From a virus: a stretch of DNA of 64,000 bases. Numbering within the stretch: position 1 is the stretch's first letter; every line of letters begins with the position of its first letter. Made by a program: the position numbers and the translations under genes. The notes under the pieces were generated by a model. That model saw nothing but the letters and a program-made list of their open reading frames with translations. It was not told where the DNA came from and made no database searches. Location: positions 77,670-141,669 of the IMG/VR virus record IMGVR_UViG_3300020469_005214. One strand, written 5' to 3'. Below are positions 1 through 10,131 of this stretch, in pieces.

Positions 1-1
1 G

Positions 2-352
2 GGTGGCAAAAAAAACTTTGGACAATTTCAGTATGACGTAAAACAGCTTTTGAGACCTCATTGGGAATTGCATGTAGTAAACGAAGAGTTCGTTATTCCC
101 GCCAGAAGAAGTGAAAGAGGCAGGAGCATTGATTTTGTTAATTTTACAAAAAGAATTTGCGTTGAAGTCGATGGTGTGCAACATAATAAAAAAAGTTGGT
201 GTCACGAAAATAAATATCAATTTTTCAAACAACTTCGTAACGATAACTGGAAAGAACAATGGGCAGAACTCAATGATTTTAAAATGTTTAGAATTTACGA
301 AACAGATGAATTAAATGATGAATTATTGTATAAACTTGGAATTATTTCTTGA
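2..352 (+). CDS. DUF559/Vsr-like PD-(D/E)XK endonuclease, 5'-truncated
   Basis: Frame is open from base 2 (GGKKNFGQFQYDVKQLLRP...). Motifs IDF...ICVEVDGVQH...NDNWKEQWAELNDFKMFRI match the DUF559-like pattern. Confidence 0.65.
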   Translation, partial: GGKKNFGQFQYDVKQLLRPHWELHVVNEEFVIPARRSERGRSIDFVNFTKRICVEVDGVQHNKKSWCHENKYQFFKQLRNDNWKEQWAELNDFKMFRIYETDELNDELLYKLGIIS

Positions 353-381
353 CTTTATCAAAAAACATGTTAAATTAACTT

Positions 382-576
382 ATGAAAAACAAAGAAAAGC
401 TTAAAAAGGTTAATCTCCTCTTAAACGAAATGAAAGTTTTTGTTGCTTATTTAGAAGATATCCTCAAAGACCTACAAACAAGAGATTCTGAATCAGAATC
501 TTGCGATAGACCTTGGGGAGCAATAAAAAATCGTGCAAAATCTTTTAGAAATAGTCTTTTAGAATTCTATCGATAA
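382..576 (+). CDS. hypothetical protein
   Basis: 64-aa ORF just after TTGACT-N16-TAAATT; likely leaderless. Confidence 0.6.
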   Translation: MKNKEKLKKVNLLLNEMKVFVAYLEDILKDLQTRDSESESCDRPWGAIKNRAKSFRNSLLEFYR

Positions 577-612
577 GCTTCTCTAGAACCCCCTCAAAGT
601 GTAATACTAATT

Positions 613-1908
613 ATGGAAAAAAAATTAATCGAAAAATGCGTTTCCATGTTCCGAGATGGAGCAGGAAAAATGGAAGTAGTTAGACTAATCATGGAATGGA
701 CTGGGCTAAAAGAAACTGCCGCGAGAAGCAGAGCCACCAATATCTGGAATAATGAGTTTGACGAAGAATATATTCCAGTTCCAAATCGTGGACAGGAGGA
801 TTTCAAATCTGAGGATAATGGCTTCAAAAGTGGCGGAACAAGGTTTGATCAAAGTGACGAAAATAATGCAACAGCTGAATCTAAAGACGACAATGTAAGA
901 ACTTTAGATGATTTGTTAAAAATCTGTAATGTTGATTTAGAGTATTGGGAAGTCGAAAGACATATTATCAACAAATGGGAAGTTGCCGCTAAAGACAATG
1001 TAGGTGAACTTCGTCATTCTCCGCTTTATCAAGTAAAAGCTTGGTTAAAGAAGCGTGAAGTTAAAAACGCAGAAGAGGTTGTAAATTATTTCAATGAATC
1101 CTTACAAACTATTTCCCCTAAAGTTCAAAAAAGAAATGCTGGCGGTAAATATATGTATGAGATTTCTATACCCGATCTTCATTTGGCTAAACTCGGATGG
1201 GAGCAAGAATCTGGACAAGACTACGATATTAGTATTGCCGCTGACTTATTTCGTTCGGCAGTACAAAACCTTTTGAGCAAAGTAAATTTAGACGAAGTAT
1301 CTAAGGTTCTTTTTCCAGTTGGTAATGACTTTTTTAACTCAGAGGGTCTTTCTGGGGCTACTACTGCTGGAACTAGACAAGATGATGACTCTAGATGGCA
1401 AAAGTCTTTCAGCATCGGTTGTAATTTAATTGCAGAGGTTGTTGATGAATTATCTAAAATAGTTAACGTAGACATTGTTATTGTTCAAGGAAATCATGAT
1501 TTCGAAAGAGATTATTATCTTGGCGAATTTTTAAGGGCTTGGTATAAAACTAACGAAGCAGTAAGTATAAATAACAGCCCTAAGTCTCGAAAGTATGTTG
1601 AATTTGGAGAGAATCTTATCTTATTTACTCATGGAAACGAAGAAAAACAAAGTGAGCTTCCTTTGTTAATGGCTACCGAGCATCCTAGTTTTTCAAAATG
1701 TAAATTTAGAACAGCACATTTGGGACACCTTCATCAAACAAGAGTTTTAGAAAATAAAGGGGTTACAGTAAAAATTCTACCATCTCTTTGTGCTACTGAT
1801 GCATGGCATAAAATTAAGGGTTTTTGTGGTAATAGAAGATCTGCTATGGGCTTTTTATATGACCCAGTTTATGGCGAGATAGCAAATTATTACTATAACG
1901 TAGTTTAA
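613..1908 (+). CDS. calcineurin-like metallophosphoesterase (possible nuclease) with N-terminal extension
   Basis: Motifs PDLH, GNDFF, QGNHD, THG and GHLH in the canonical order. Confidence 0.85.
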   Translation: MEKKLIEKCVSMFRDGAGKMEVVRLIMEWTGLKETAARSRATNIWNNEFDEEYIPVPNRGQEDFKSEDNGFKSGGTRFDQSDENNATAESKDDNVRTLDDLLKICNVDLEYWEVERHIINKWEVAAKDNVGELRHSPLYQVKAWLKKREVKNAEEVVNYFNESLQTISPKVQKRNAGGKYMYEISIPDLHLAKLGWEQESGQDYDISIAADLFRSAVQNLLSKVNLDEVSKVLFPVGNDFFNSEGLSGATTAGTRQDDDSRWQKSFSIGCNLIAEVVDELSKIVNVDIVIVQGNHDFERDYYLGEFLRAWYKTNEAVSINNSPKSRKYVEFGENLILFTHGNEEKQSELPLLMATEHPSFSKCKFRTAHLGHLHQTRVLENKGVTVKILPSLCATDAWHKIKGFCGNRRSAMGFLYDPVYGEIANYYYNVV

Positions 1909-1948
1909 TTTTACTTGACTAGTAACAAAACTACTGTAGAATTACCAT

Positions 1949-3427
1949 ATGCCAAAAGTTATCAGCGGTCCAAGTGACCAAAGTTTAGAGCGTAAATTTT
2001 TAGGAGGACTAATCCACAATGGGGTTGATGTCTGGATCGATATTTGCGACTTTATAAAAGAAGAAGACTTCACAAATAGTGGAGTTAGGATGTTGTTTAA
2101 GGTTTGTAGACTTCTTTTAGAAGAAAACAAAACTCTAGATTCAGCTATCATATCTTCACGTTGCAAATCTCAGGGTATTACGATTCACGAGGGCAACATC
2201 GGTGATTTCATAGAAAATCTTTTGATTTCACCCTTGAATGTAAAGTCAAGTGTTGAGGCGGCACAAGAGCTGATAATGCTTAGGATTCGTCGCAATAAAA
2301 TAGAAAATGCTAGAGATATTGCTAAATTTTCTAAAGACTTTGAAGGAACCAATTTATCAGATTTTGCCAGTGGAGCTGAAGAAATCTTCTCTGGTGGCAA
2401 CGATATTGTTCTCGACAAACACGAGCCAATTAATATCGCTCAAAGTGCCTATGAAATTGTAGAAGAACTTGGCAATAACGATGGAGAATACGTCATTAAG
2501 AGCCCTTGGCCTACCTTTAACGCCGCTTTCTCTGGCTTTAGACCCAAGGACTCATACTGCATAGCAGGAAGACCCTCACACGGCAAATCTGGAGTTCTAC
2601 TTTCCCTCGCACAGTTTTGTGCCAATGAAATTGAAGACAATTTTGTTGATGGGAAAAAACTACCAGTGTTATATTTAGATACTGAGATGGATGCCCAAGA
2701 ACAGACTCTTAGATGGGCGGCGATGGTAGCTGATATCGATCCTTATTTGGTAGAAAGTGGCAAATGGAGAAATAATAAAGATTGTGTAGAAAAGATTAGA
2801 AATGTCCTTAAAGACAAGTCTTCTACTGACAACTTTCATCACGTTTATGTGCCAGGTCTTTCGGCAATGGAAATTCGTTCTATTTTTCGTCGATGGGTTA
2901 GAAAAACTTGTGGTCGAGATAACGTAGGAATTGTAGTTTTTGATTATCTAAAAATCACTGGAGAAGAGCTTAAGGGGGCATCAAATCCAAGACTTGAAAT
3001 GGGCTATAAGCTTGATATGCTTAAGGATGAAATTAAAGATAACTCTAACTGTACTTTTCTTTTTGGAGCACAAAGAAATAGATATGGGGAAGATGATGAT
3101 AGTTCTATCGCAGAGTCAGATTATATTCAGCAACTTTCCACTTGGACTGGTCTGATTAAAAAGAAATCTATGGCTGAACTTGCAGAACAGCCAGCAAATG
3201 AATTCGGCACCCACATGTTAATACCTACAAAATTTAGAAAGCTTGGTAAGGATGGTCAAAACTTTGAAAATCCAGTCAGAATTGAAGGAAAGTATTTGAG
3301 AAATTGGATCAATCTTGATTTCTCTAATTTTAGATTTAGAGATATGGACGACGGTAGGGCGGTTCAAGATTACTTAAGTTTGATTTCTTCTAATGGTGGG
3401 GATAACAACAGAAGACCGATGCCATAA
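1949..3427 (+). CDS. dnaB: replicative DNA helicase, DnaB-like
   Basis: N-terminal LERKFLGGL helical domain, Walker A AGRPSHGKS, YLDTEM, Walker B VVFDYL, AESDYIQQ. Confidence 0.9.
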   Translation: MPKVISGPSDQSLERKFLGGLIHNGVDVWIDICDFIKEEDFTNSGVRMLFKVCRLLLEENKTLDSAIISSRCKSQGITIHEGNIGDFIENLLISPLNVKSSVEAAQELIMLRIRRNKIENARDIAKFSKDFEGTNLSDFASGAEEIFSGGNDIVLDKHEPINIAQSAYEIVEELGNNDGEYVIKSPWPTFNAAFSGFRPKDSYCIAGRPSHGKSGVLLSLAQFCANEIEDNFVDGKKLPVLYLDTEMDAQEQTLRWAAMVADIDPYLVESGKWRNNKDCVEKIRNVLKDKSSTDNFHHVYVPGLSAMEIRSIFRRWVRKTCGRDNVGIVVFDYLKITGEELKGASNPRLEMGYKLDMLKDEIKDNSNCTFLFGAQRNRYGEDDDSSIAESDYIQQLSTWTGLIKKKSMAELAEQPANEFGTHMLIPTKFRKLGKDGQNFENPVRIEGKYLRNWINLDFSNFRFRDMDDGRAVQDYLSLISSNGGDNNRRPMP

Positions 3428-3439
3428 TTAAAATTTTTT

Positions 3440-4429
3440 ATGTCAAACGTTAAGCAAATTCTTAGAAATCATGGGATCAAAATAGTCAGCGAGAACGATT
3501 CGGGTTTCGCTCAGTTTTGTCCGTCCTATCGAAACTCTAAAAATCCGATGGGAGCTTCTATCAATCTTAAGACTGGTTGGGTTACTGATTGGAGTCAGGA
3601 TGAAAGGTTTTCATTAGATGTTTTAATTAAAAAACTCGGAGGTAAGGCACTTTCAAAAAAAGACCTAGAAAATTTACAGCCAGTATTCGAACAATCTGAT
3701 GAAAAAGAAAAGACGTTTTGGAAAAAAGATTCTCTTATACATTTTTTACCAAACCATACTTACTGGCTAGATAGAGGGGTATCTAAAGAGACTCTAGACT
3801 TTTTTCAAGGCGGAGTATCTCACAGTGGTAAATTGTATCAGCGTTACGTATGGCCAGTTTTTGATCGTCACCAAAGAATTATTGGTTTTACAGGCAGAGA
3901 TTTGAGTGGAGAGGCTAAAATTAAATATAAGCACGAGGGAAAAAGTTCTTATTTTCTTTTTGGTTTATTTAATAAGCTTGCCGATTCTACTCCTATACTT
4001 TCTAGCATTTTAGAAACTAATGAAGTTATTCTTGTCGAGGGGCCATCGGATTCAGTTGCTTGTTATGACGAGGGGGTTAAATTTGTAATCCCAACAATTG
4101 GCTTGAATATTTCTAAAACACTACTGAGTTTTCTCATAGGAATAAATCCAGATAAAATTACTATCTCTTATAATAGGGATGATAACTTTTCGGGTCAAAA
4201 TGCGGCTGTTAAAAACTTTGCAAAACTAGCACAACACTTCGACATCAAAAACTTGGCTATTAAGTACCCAACAGGCAATGATCTAGCAGATAATAAAAAA
4301 GATATTCAAAGTTGGGTTGATAAGAATGACGATTCTGCCATATTAGAGTTTCGAGAAAAATTTAAAAGATTAAAAAACAAAAATAAAAATATGACCCAAC
4401 AAGAAATTAAAGTGGGAAAAATGTTTTAA
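3440..4429 (+). CDS. DNA primase (TOPRIM)
   Basis: WPVFD...IIGFTGR, KYKH, VILVEGPSD TOPRIM motif; follows the helicase. Confidence 0.85.
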   Translation: MSNVKQILRNHGIKIVSENDSGFAQFCPSYRNSKNPMGASINLKTGWVTDWSQDERFSLDVLIKKLGGKALSKKDLENLQPVFEQSDEKEKTFWKKDSLIHFLPNHTYWLDRGVSKETLDFFQGGVSHSGKLYQRYVWPVFDRHQRIIGFTGRDLSGEAKIKYKHEGKSSYFLFGLFNKLADSTPILSSILETNEVILVEGPSDSVACYDEGVKFVIPTIGLNISKTLLSFLIGINPDKITISYNRDDNFSGQNAAVKNFAKLAQHFDIKNLAIKYPTGNDLADNKKDIQSWVDKNDDSAILEFREKFKRLKNKNKNMTQQEIKVGKMF

Positions 4430-4436
4430 TAGCAAA

Positions 4437-4694
4437 ATGATTATATTAATTAAAATAATAATAACTTATATATTGGTTGGATTTCTTTTTTGTATATCCG
4501 AAACAAGATATAGAAACTATCTGCTATTAAAACTAAGTATGAGGTCTTTGAAAGGTGAAGAATATGATCATATGCAAGAGATGTCTAAATTATATTTAGA
4601 AAAAGTTCCTTATAGTCGCTTAAGAGGGATAAGTTCTTTGTTTTTCGCTCCAGTTTTGATAGCTTATATAATGATTCGTTATGGAAAAAAATAA
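4437..4694 (+). CDS. hypothetical membrane protein
   Basis: Two hydrophobic segments; in operon. Confidence 0.55.
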   Translation: MIILIKIIITYILVGFLFCISETRYRNYLLLKLSMRSLKGEEYDHMQEMSKLYLEKVPYSRLRGISSLFFAPVLIAYIMIRYGKK

Positions 4695-5172
4695 AACTAA
4701 ATTAGGTATATTCTGTTCTTCTTCTTTTAAAAACTACCCTTTTATTGAAGGAATTTTAAATAAAAAGGTCGAAGAAATTGGATTGATTATTTCTAATAAT
4801 TCTGGTTATAAATTACCAGAGAAATATTCTTGCGAAAAAAATATTCCAATGCTGTCTTACCCGATTGGTAAAAATTTAAATGCACTAAAGGCTAACGAAC
4901 TTATAATTAAAGCTTCTGATTGCGTTTTAATTATTGATGATGGTAATTCTAAAAATAATCATACGGTTCAAAAAAAGTGCAAGGTAATAAACAAAAAGTT
5001 TACATTTATTAACGCTCCAATTGAAGATACAATTTTAGATGCGGTCAAAGATTTCTTTGATACATTTGAAAAGTCTAAGGAAGACGATTTTAAAGATTGG
5101 GTTTGCGGTTCAAAAAGAGGTTTTGACAAGTTAATAAAATTGCAGGAAAAATACCAAAAGCTGATCAAATAA
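4681..5172 (+). CDS. SLOG/DUF2493-like protein
   Basis: LGIFCSSSFKNY start and NELIIKASDCVLIIDDGNSKN resemble SLOG (YspA-like) family. Confidence 0.5.
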   Translation: MEKNKTKLGIFCSSSFKNYPFIEGILNKKVEEIGLIISNNSGYKLPEKYSCEKNIPMLSYPIGKNLNALKANELIIKASDCVLIIDDGNSKNNHTVQKKCKVINKKFTFINAPIEDTILDAVKDFFDTFEKSKEDDFKDWVCGSKRGFDKLIKLQEKYQKLIK

Positions 5173-5174
5173 TC

Positions 5175-6206
5175 ATGAGTGATAAAAAAGAATTCGCTCT
5201 TTCGCCTAGTCGTATAATGAGTTATTTGAAGTGTTCATATGTATACTATATGGAAAACACACTTATGTTAGATAGTGGCAAGAATTTTGGTAATATGAGA
5301 GGGAGCGTTCTCCATGATGCATGTGAACTTTTGATTAGAGAAAAATATAAAGACAGGGTTCAGAAAATTATTGATAACGGTAGCGTATCAAGCGATGATG
5401 CTATCATCAGATATTTAAGAATTAAAGCGTATCAACAAGGAATAAGAGACGAGTTTGACCATAAGGGCAATAATAATTTTGAAATGATTTGCGATATGCT
5501 ATATGTTGTTCTTTCGAATGACTTTTATTGCGAAGGTTGGGATATAGATTATGACAATCTTGAGGTTAAATTCACACTTAGAAGCGAGAAGCCAGAATAC
5601 GTAATTCGCGGTCTGATTGATAAGCCAGTCAAAAAGGATGGAGTATACAAGATTTTAGATTACAAATCTAGTCAGTCCAAAAAATCTAAAAAAGATTTAG
5701 AAATGGAAATACAGGCTTTGTGTTACATTTTGTATTGTATTAGGGGCTTGAAAGCTAAGGATGCTACCGTAGACTTTGTTTTTGCTCGCTTTCCAGATGA
5801 CCCAATAGATCGCATTGAAAATATATCCAAAAAAGAATTACAAGGATTTGAGCATTACTTATCAGACTTATATTTTCATTTGAAAAATTTCGACGAGGAC
5901 AGGGCATCAGAAAATCTTGCGGCAGACCTGGGATATACTAAAGATGGCGGATTCGAAGGCAGAGTTATGTGCGGATATGCTCAGTATGAGGGACATTGCT
6001 ACCCAGAAACACACAAGGACAAAGACAAAAGAGGTAAGCCATATTACTGTTGCCCATACAAATTTGAATTTACTTATTATTCTCAAAGAGATGCCGATGG
6101 AAATATTATAAAATCTAGTAAAAATTTAGAGAATTTAGAAGAAGTCGGAAAATATTATATTACAGAAGAACACCATGATGGGTGTCCCGCATTTAAATCT
6201 ATTTGA
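5175..6206 (+). CDS. PD-(D/E)XK nuclease, RecB/Cas4-like
   Basis: LSPSRI..YLKC, GSVLH, RGLID, ILDYKS, QALCY and C-terminal Cys cluster. Confidence 0.85.
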   Translation: MSDKKEFALSPSRIMSYLKCSYVYYMENTLMLDSGKNFGNMRGSVLHDACELLIREKYKDRVQKIIDNGSVSSDDAIIRYLRIKAYQQGIRDEFDHKGNNNFEMICDMLYVVLSNDFYCEGWDIDYDNLEVKFTLRSEKPEYVIRGLIDKPVKKDGVYKILDYKSSQSKKSKKDLEMEIQALCYILYCIRGLKAKDATVDFVFARFPDDPIDRIENISKKELQGFEHYLSDLYFHLKNFDEDRASENLAADLGYTKDGGFEGRVMCGYAQYEGHCYPETHKDKDKRGKPYYCCPYKFEFTYYSQRDADGNIIKSSKNLENLEEVGKYYITEEHHDGCPAFKSI

Positions 6207-6242
6207 TATTCTCTTTTTCGCGTAAAATCTGTAATATTATGT

Positions 6243-6596
6243 ATGAGGGTTTTATTTCTTATTTTGCTCTTAACTGGTTGTGCAACAAAAAATCAGCCTC
6301 CTAGAAATATATTTTTTTATGAAATCCCAAACACTGGCAGTATGGAGCCAGCATTATCTGGAGGCGATATTGTTTACATAGATTCTTCGTTTGAGTATAA
6401 AGATCTCAAAATTGGGGACGTGGTAGCTTATCGTGATGATAAATATGGTATGAGTAATGGTATTTTACATAGAATTGTAAAAAATTCTCCGCCCAAAGAG
6501 TGGGTAGTTAAAGGAGATAATAACAGAGACGTTGACAGGTATAATCTTAATGAAGAAAGTTATCATGGTAAATTAATTAGGGTTGATTTTAAGTAA
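6243..6596 (+). CDS. S26 signal peptidase (SipW/archaeal-type) with lipobox
   Basis: TGSMEPAL (catalytic Ser), GD, HRIV, KGDNN..D; N-terminal LLLTGC lipobox. Confidence 0.8.
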   Translation: MRVLFLILLLTGCATKNQPPRNIFFYEIPNTGSMEPALSGGDIVYIDSSFEYKDLKIGDVVAYRDDKYGMSNGILHRIVKNSPPKEWVVKGDNNRDVDRYNLNEESYHGKLIRVDFK

Positions 6597-6616
6597 TTAT
6601 ATTTGATCATAACTTT

Positions 6617-7393
6617 ATGATTCTAGTTATAGGAGAAAATATTACAGATATATTTGTTTATTGCAGTTCAAAAAGGCTGTCTCCAGAAGCTTGCTGTCCA
6701 GTATTGATTCCTGAAAATAAAATTTTAAATTCCGGGGGAGCTGGAAATGTTGTTGAAAACTTAAAATCTTTAAAAAATAAAAGTGTTATTGCAATTCATC
6801 AAAATAAAGAAATAACCAAAACTCGATATATTGTTGGAAATCAACATATTATGAGATATGATGAAAATGATACATGTCAAAACTTAAAAATGCAAGACCT
6901 GCAGTATAGTCTTTCCCGAAAGGGATTAAGGCTGTCTGGGTTTGAAGCGATAGTAATTTCCAGTTACTCAAAAGGGTTCGTAACGCCCAAGTTAATAGAA
7001 GATATAAGAAATGGCTATGATGGCTTGATTTTTATTGATACCAAAGATAAAAAGGGGGATTGGTGTGAATTCGTAGACTTTATAAAAATAAATGATAAAG
7101 AGTGGCTTGACAATTTCGATTCAAAATACGAAGGAAGTGCTAATATTTTTGTTACAAAAGGATCACAAGGTGTTGACTGGATAAACAAAAATAAAACCTT
7201 TAAGGTTGATCCCATTGAGGTTGCTGATTTTGTAGGGGCAGGGGATTCATTCTTCTCTGGCTTTATTACAAAATACTTAGATTCGAAGAATGTAGAAAAA
7301 AGTCTTGACTTTGCTAATAAATGTGCTAGAGTATCAGTAAGTAAAAAAGGGGTGGTCTGCGTTAAAGCAGAAGAAATTGATAAATATGATTAA
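6617..7393 (+). CDS. PfkB-family heptose-7-phosphate kinase (RfaE/HldE domain I)
   Basis: RLSPEACCPVL, GGAGNVVENL, TKTRY, DFVGAGDSF. Confidence 0.85.
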   Translation: MILVIGENITDIFVYCSSKRLSPEACCPVLIPENKILNSGGAGNVVENLKSLKNKSVIAIHQNKEITKTRYIVGNQHIMRYDENDTCQNLKMQDLQYSLSRKGLRLSGFEAIVISSYSKGFVTPKLIEDIRNGYDGLIFIDTKDKKGDWCEFVDFIKINDKEWLDNFDSKYEGSANIFVTKGSQGVDWINKNKTFKVDPIEVADFVGAGDSFFSGFITKYLDSKNVEKSLDFANKCARVSVSKKGVVCVKAEEIDKYD

Positions 7394-7802
7394 AAATTTA
7401 AATATATCTTTTTGTGCTGGCTGTTTTGATGGTTCATATCTGCACGATGGTCACAAATATTTAATAAGTAAAATGGTAGAGCATTCTAACTATCAAGTTA
7501 TTGGTTTAAATTCTGATGATTATATAAAAAGACATAAGAGAGAGCCAATCTGTCAAGAAGATGAAAGAAAAAACCGATTATTAAAATTAGGAGTTGATGA
7601 AGTAGTGATTTTCGACGAAGACTCACCAATAAAAATAATTAAAACAATTGAGCCTCATAGTATTTTTGTGGGAAATGATTATACTCTAGATCGTGTAGTT
7701 GGATATCCCGACTGCAAAGAGTGGGGAGGGGAAGTTCGAATCATAGATCGAATAAACGACATATCAACAACAAATATAATTAATGAAACTAATTTACCTT
7801 GA
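7386..7802 (+). CDS. heptose-1-phosphate adenylyltransferase-like (RfaE/HldE domain II)
   Basis: GCFD..LHDGH, IGLNSD, VDEVVIFDEDSP, GNDY, ISTTNII. Confidence 0.85.
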   Translation: MIKNLNISFCAGCFDGSYLHDGHKYLISKMVEHSNYQVIGLNSDDYIKRHKREPICQEDERKNRLLKLGVDEVVIFDEDSPIKIIKTIEPHSIFVGNDYTLDRVVGYPDCKEWGGEVRIIDRINDISTTNIINETNLP

Positions 7803-8316
7803 TTTAGATGGAGTTTGTGCAGATTTTACAAAGAATGTTTCTCAAATATTCAACTTCAAAGACACTTCAGTAAATTTGCCAGAAAAGAATGCCCCTTGGA
7901 CTTACGAGGGCGAAGATCGTGATCGATTAGATGTCGTGATGGAGTCATATGATTTTTGGATGAATCTATATCCTTACACTTGGTCTAGAAGTTTAGTTGA
8001 ATTATGCCAAAGATATGGGGATACTAGATTTTTATCTAAAGCTCGTCCTAATTCTGGCTGTATGGCAGGTAAAATGGATTGGATTTTAAAATATTTTCCA
8101 GAGATGGAATATAAAACCGTCTTGACAACTCAAGACAAATGGGTATGTTCTGATCATAACAGCTTTCTTATAGACGATGACCTTCGACATAAAGAAGAAT
8201 GGATTAATAGAGGTGGTCATTATTATCATTGGGCAGAATTAAAGGGTTGCGAAGAAGGAAACGCAATAGCAAAAGAAAGAATAATTCAATTAGAAAAATT
8301 TTTGAGTCACCTATGA
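7783..8316 (+). CDS. HAD-family 5'(3')-deoxyribonucleotidase-like
   Basis: YLDLDGVCADF, GKMDW, LIDD, W...GG. Confidence 0.8.
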   Translation: MKLIYLDLDGVCADFTKNVSQIFNFKDTSVNLPEKNAPWTYEGEDRDRLDVVMESYDFWMNLYPYTWSRSLVELCQRYGDTRFLSKARPNSGCMAGKMDWILKYFPEMEYKTVLTTQDKWVCSDHNSFLIDDDLRHKEEWINRGGHYYHWAELKGCEEGNAIAKERIIQLEKFLSHL

Positions 8317-8486
8317 GCAAAACTATAACAGCTAAACCGAATATAATTTATTATATTCACGAAAAAACTTTAAAAGCACATGAAGAAGGCAAAATAATCT
8401 TCAAACATGAGGACGAAGACAGCGAGTTAAAAGTAGAGGTTTGCGGAAGATTGGCAAACGGATACAACATTAAATTACATGATTAA
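8313..8486 (+). CDS. hypothetical protein
   Basis: ATG overlaps the upstream stop (MSKTITAK...). Confidence 0.5.
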   Translation: MSKTITAKPNIIYYIHEKTLKAHEEGKIIFKHEDEDSELKVEVCGRLANGYNIKLHD

Positions 8487-9744
8487 AAAACCAAAAATAG
8501 TAAATAAAAATTGGGGTGGCGAAATTCACTGGACTAACAATATTAATTATTGTGGAAAGACTTTAGTTTTAAAAAAGGGTTGCCATTGTAGCCTTCATTC
8601 TCATTGGAAGCGTGAACACTTTTTAATTCAAAGTGGTAATGTAAGATTAGCCTTGGAGAAGCGTCTACTGGGAAAAGAAGGTATTGGTCAGATTGTTTTC
8701 TTTGACTTGGTTAAGGGTGATTGCATTGAAATACCACGCGAATCTTGGCATACATTCTATGGACTTACTGATAGTGAAATTATTGAGTTCTCAACTCCAG
8801 ACGAAGAATCAAAAAGGCTTTTTCCAAGCGGTCGTAATGATATTTCAGTTTGGGAAAAATTAGTTTTAGAAACTCAAAAAAATGAGAACATGAAAACGAT
8901 ACTAGTAACTGGGTCGGAAGGCTTTATCGGTTCTAGGTTTGTAGATCTCAACAAAGACAAATATAGAATTTTTACTTTAAATAAATCAGACACAAAAAGC
9001 TTATTAGAAGAATCTGCTAATTTTGAATCTTTGTCTTGGGTCGATGCTGAAAGCCAAAAAACCTATAAGTTTTCAGAGATCGATTCAGTTTTTCACTTTG
9101 GAGCTGAAACAGATACTACTTCAAGCAACACCCAAGAATATTTTAAATATAACTGTTTATTTACTAATCGTCTCATTGATGAGTGTTATGAAAACAATAT
9201 ACCTTTGATATTTTCTTCTTCAGCGTCTCTTTATGGATCTGGGGATGATATTCCTCTTAATCTTTACGCTTGGAGCAAGTGGACAAGCGAACAATATGGG
9301 ATTGAAAAAGCTAGTAGAAGTCCTTCTTTTAATAAGTGGCAGTTCACGGCCTTGCGTTACTTCAATGTCTATGGTATTGGCGAACATAATAAAAATATTA
9401 AAATGACTTCTCTTGTATATCAGAATCTTAAAAATAACAATATCAAGTTATTTACTGGCAAACCTGTTAGAGATTTTATATTTGTGGATGACATAGTATC
9501 CGCTAACATTCACGCTTTTGAAACCGAACAGTGTGGGGTATTTGATGTGGGCTCTTGCTCTCCAAGAAGCTTCGAAGATATTGCGAACTGTCTTGGTGCC
9601 GAAATAGAATATATAGATAATCCCATAAAAGACCAGTATCAATTTTATACGTGTGCTGATAAAACAAAAACTCTTGACAATTGGTCTGCTGACTATAATT
9701 TAGAAAGCGGAATCAAAAAAATGAAGAAGTATTATAACAAATGA
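8479..9744 (+). CDS. fusion of cupin sugar-isomerase-like domain and ADP-heptose 6-epimerase (HldD/RfaD-like)
   Basis: N-terminal KNWG..YCGK..SLHSH..H..IEFSTP cupin; C-terminal LVTGSEGFIG, HFGAETDT, SSASLYG, YAWSK, RYFNVYG, RDFIFVDD, YQFYTCAD. Confidence 0.85.
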   Translation: MIKKPKIVNKNWGGEIHWTNNINYCGKTLVLKKGCHCSLHSHWKREHFLIQSGNVRLALEKRLLGKEGIGQIVFFDLVKGDCIEIPRESWHTFYGLTDSEIIEFSTPDEESKRLFPSGRNDISVWEKLVLETQKNENMKTILVTGSEGFIGSRFVDLNKDKYRIFTLNKSDTKSLLEESANFESLSWVDAESQKTYKFSEIDSVFHFGAETDTTSSNTQEYFKYNCLFTNRLIDECYENNIPLIFSSSASLYGSGDDIPLNLYAWSKWTSEQYGIEKASRSPSFNKWQFTALRYFNVYGIGEHNKNIKMTSLVYQNLKNNNIKLFTGKPVRDFIFVDDIVSANIHAFETEQCGVFDVGSCSPRSFEDIANCLGAEIEYIDNPIKDQYQFYTCADKTKTLDNWSADYNLESGIKKMKKYYNK

Positions 9745-10115
9745 GCCTAAACTTTTATCAAACATGCCCAACAATTGATCAGGGGATTGCCGAGTGCAAA
9801 GATATCATTGAAAAATATTTAGATGATCTAGTTAATGACGTAAATCCTGAATTTTATTCAGCCGAAAAGGGAAAAGATAAAAATAAGATCGTTGAATCTG
9901 TTAGAGACATGCTGTATAACGATATAGAACATATTTTTGAGTCTGTTAGAGAAACAAATGTCAAAATGAGGGAGGTAGCTGATGAGCAAATTCGTGAGTT
10001 AGAGTACGAAGCCGAAGAGCTTAGCTGTGAACTTGAAGATTTAAAAATAGAGCATGAGCAAGCAGAAAAGCAGATTCTAGATATAGAAATTGACAAAGAA
10101 GATACCTTTGATTAG
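9741..10115 (+). CDS. hypothetical acidic coiled-coil protein
   Basis: Overlapping stop/start; TCPTID start. Confidence 0.6.
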   Translation: MSLNFYQTCPTIDQGIAECKDIIEKYLDDLVNDVNPEFYSAEKGKDKNKIVESVRDMLYNDIEHIFESVRETNVKMREVADEQIRELEYEAEELSCELEDLKIEHEQAEKQILDIEIDKEDTFD

Positions 10116-10131
10116 TTTTATATAAGGCTAT

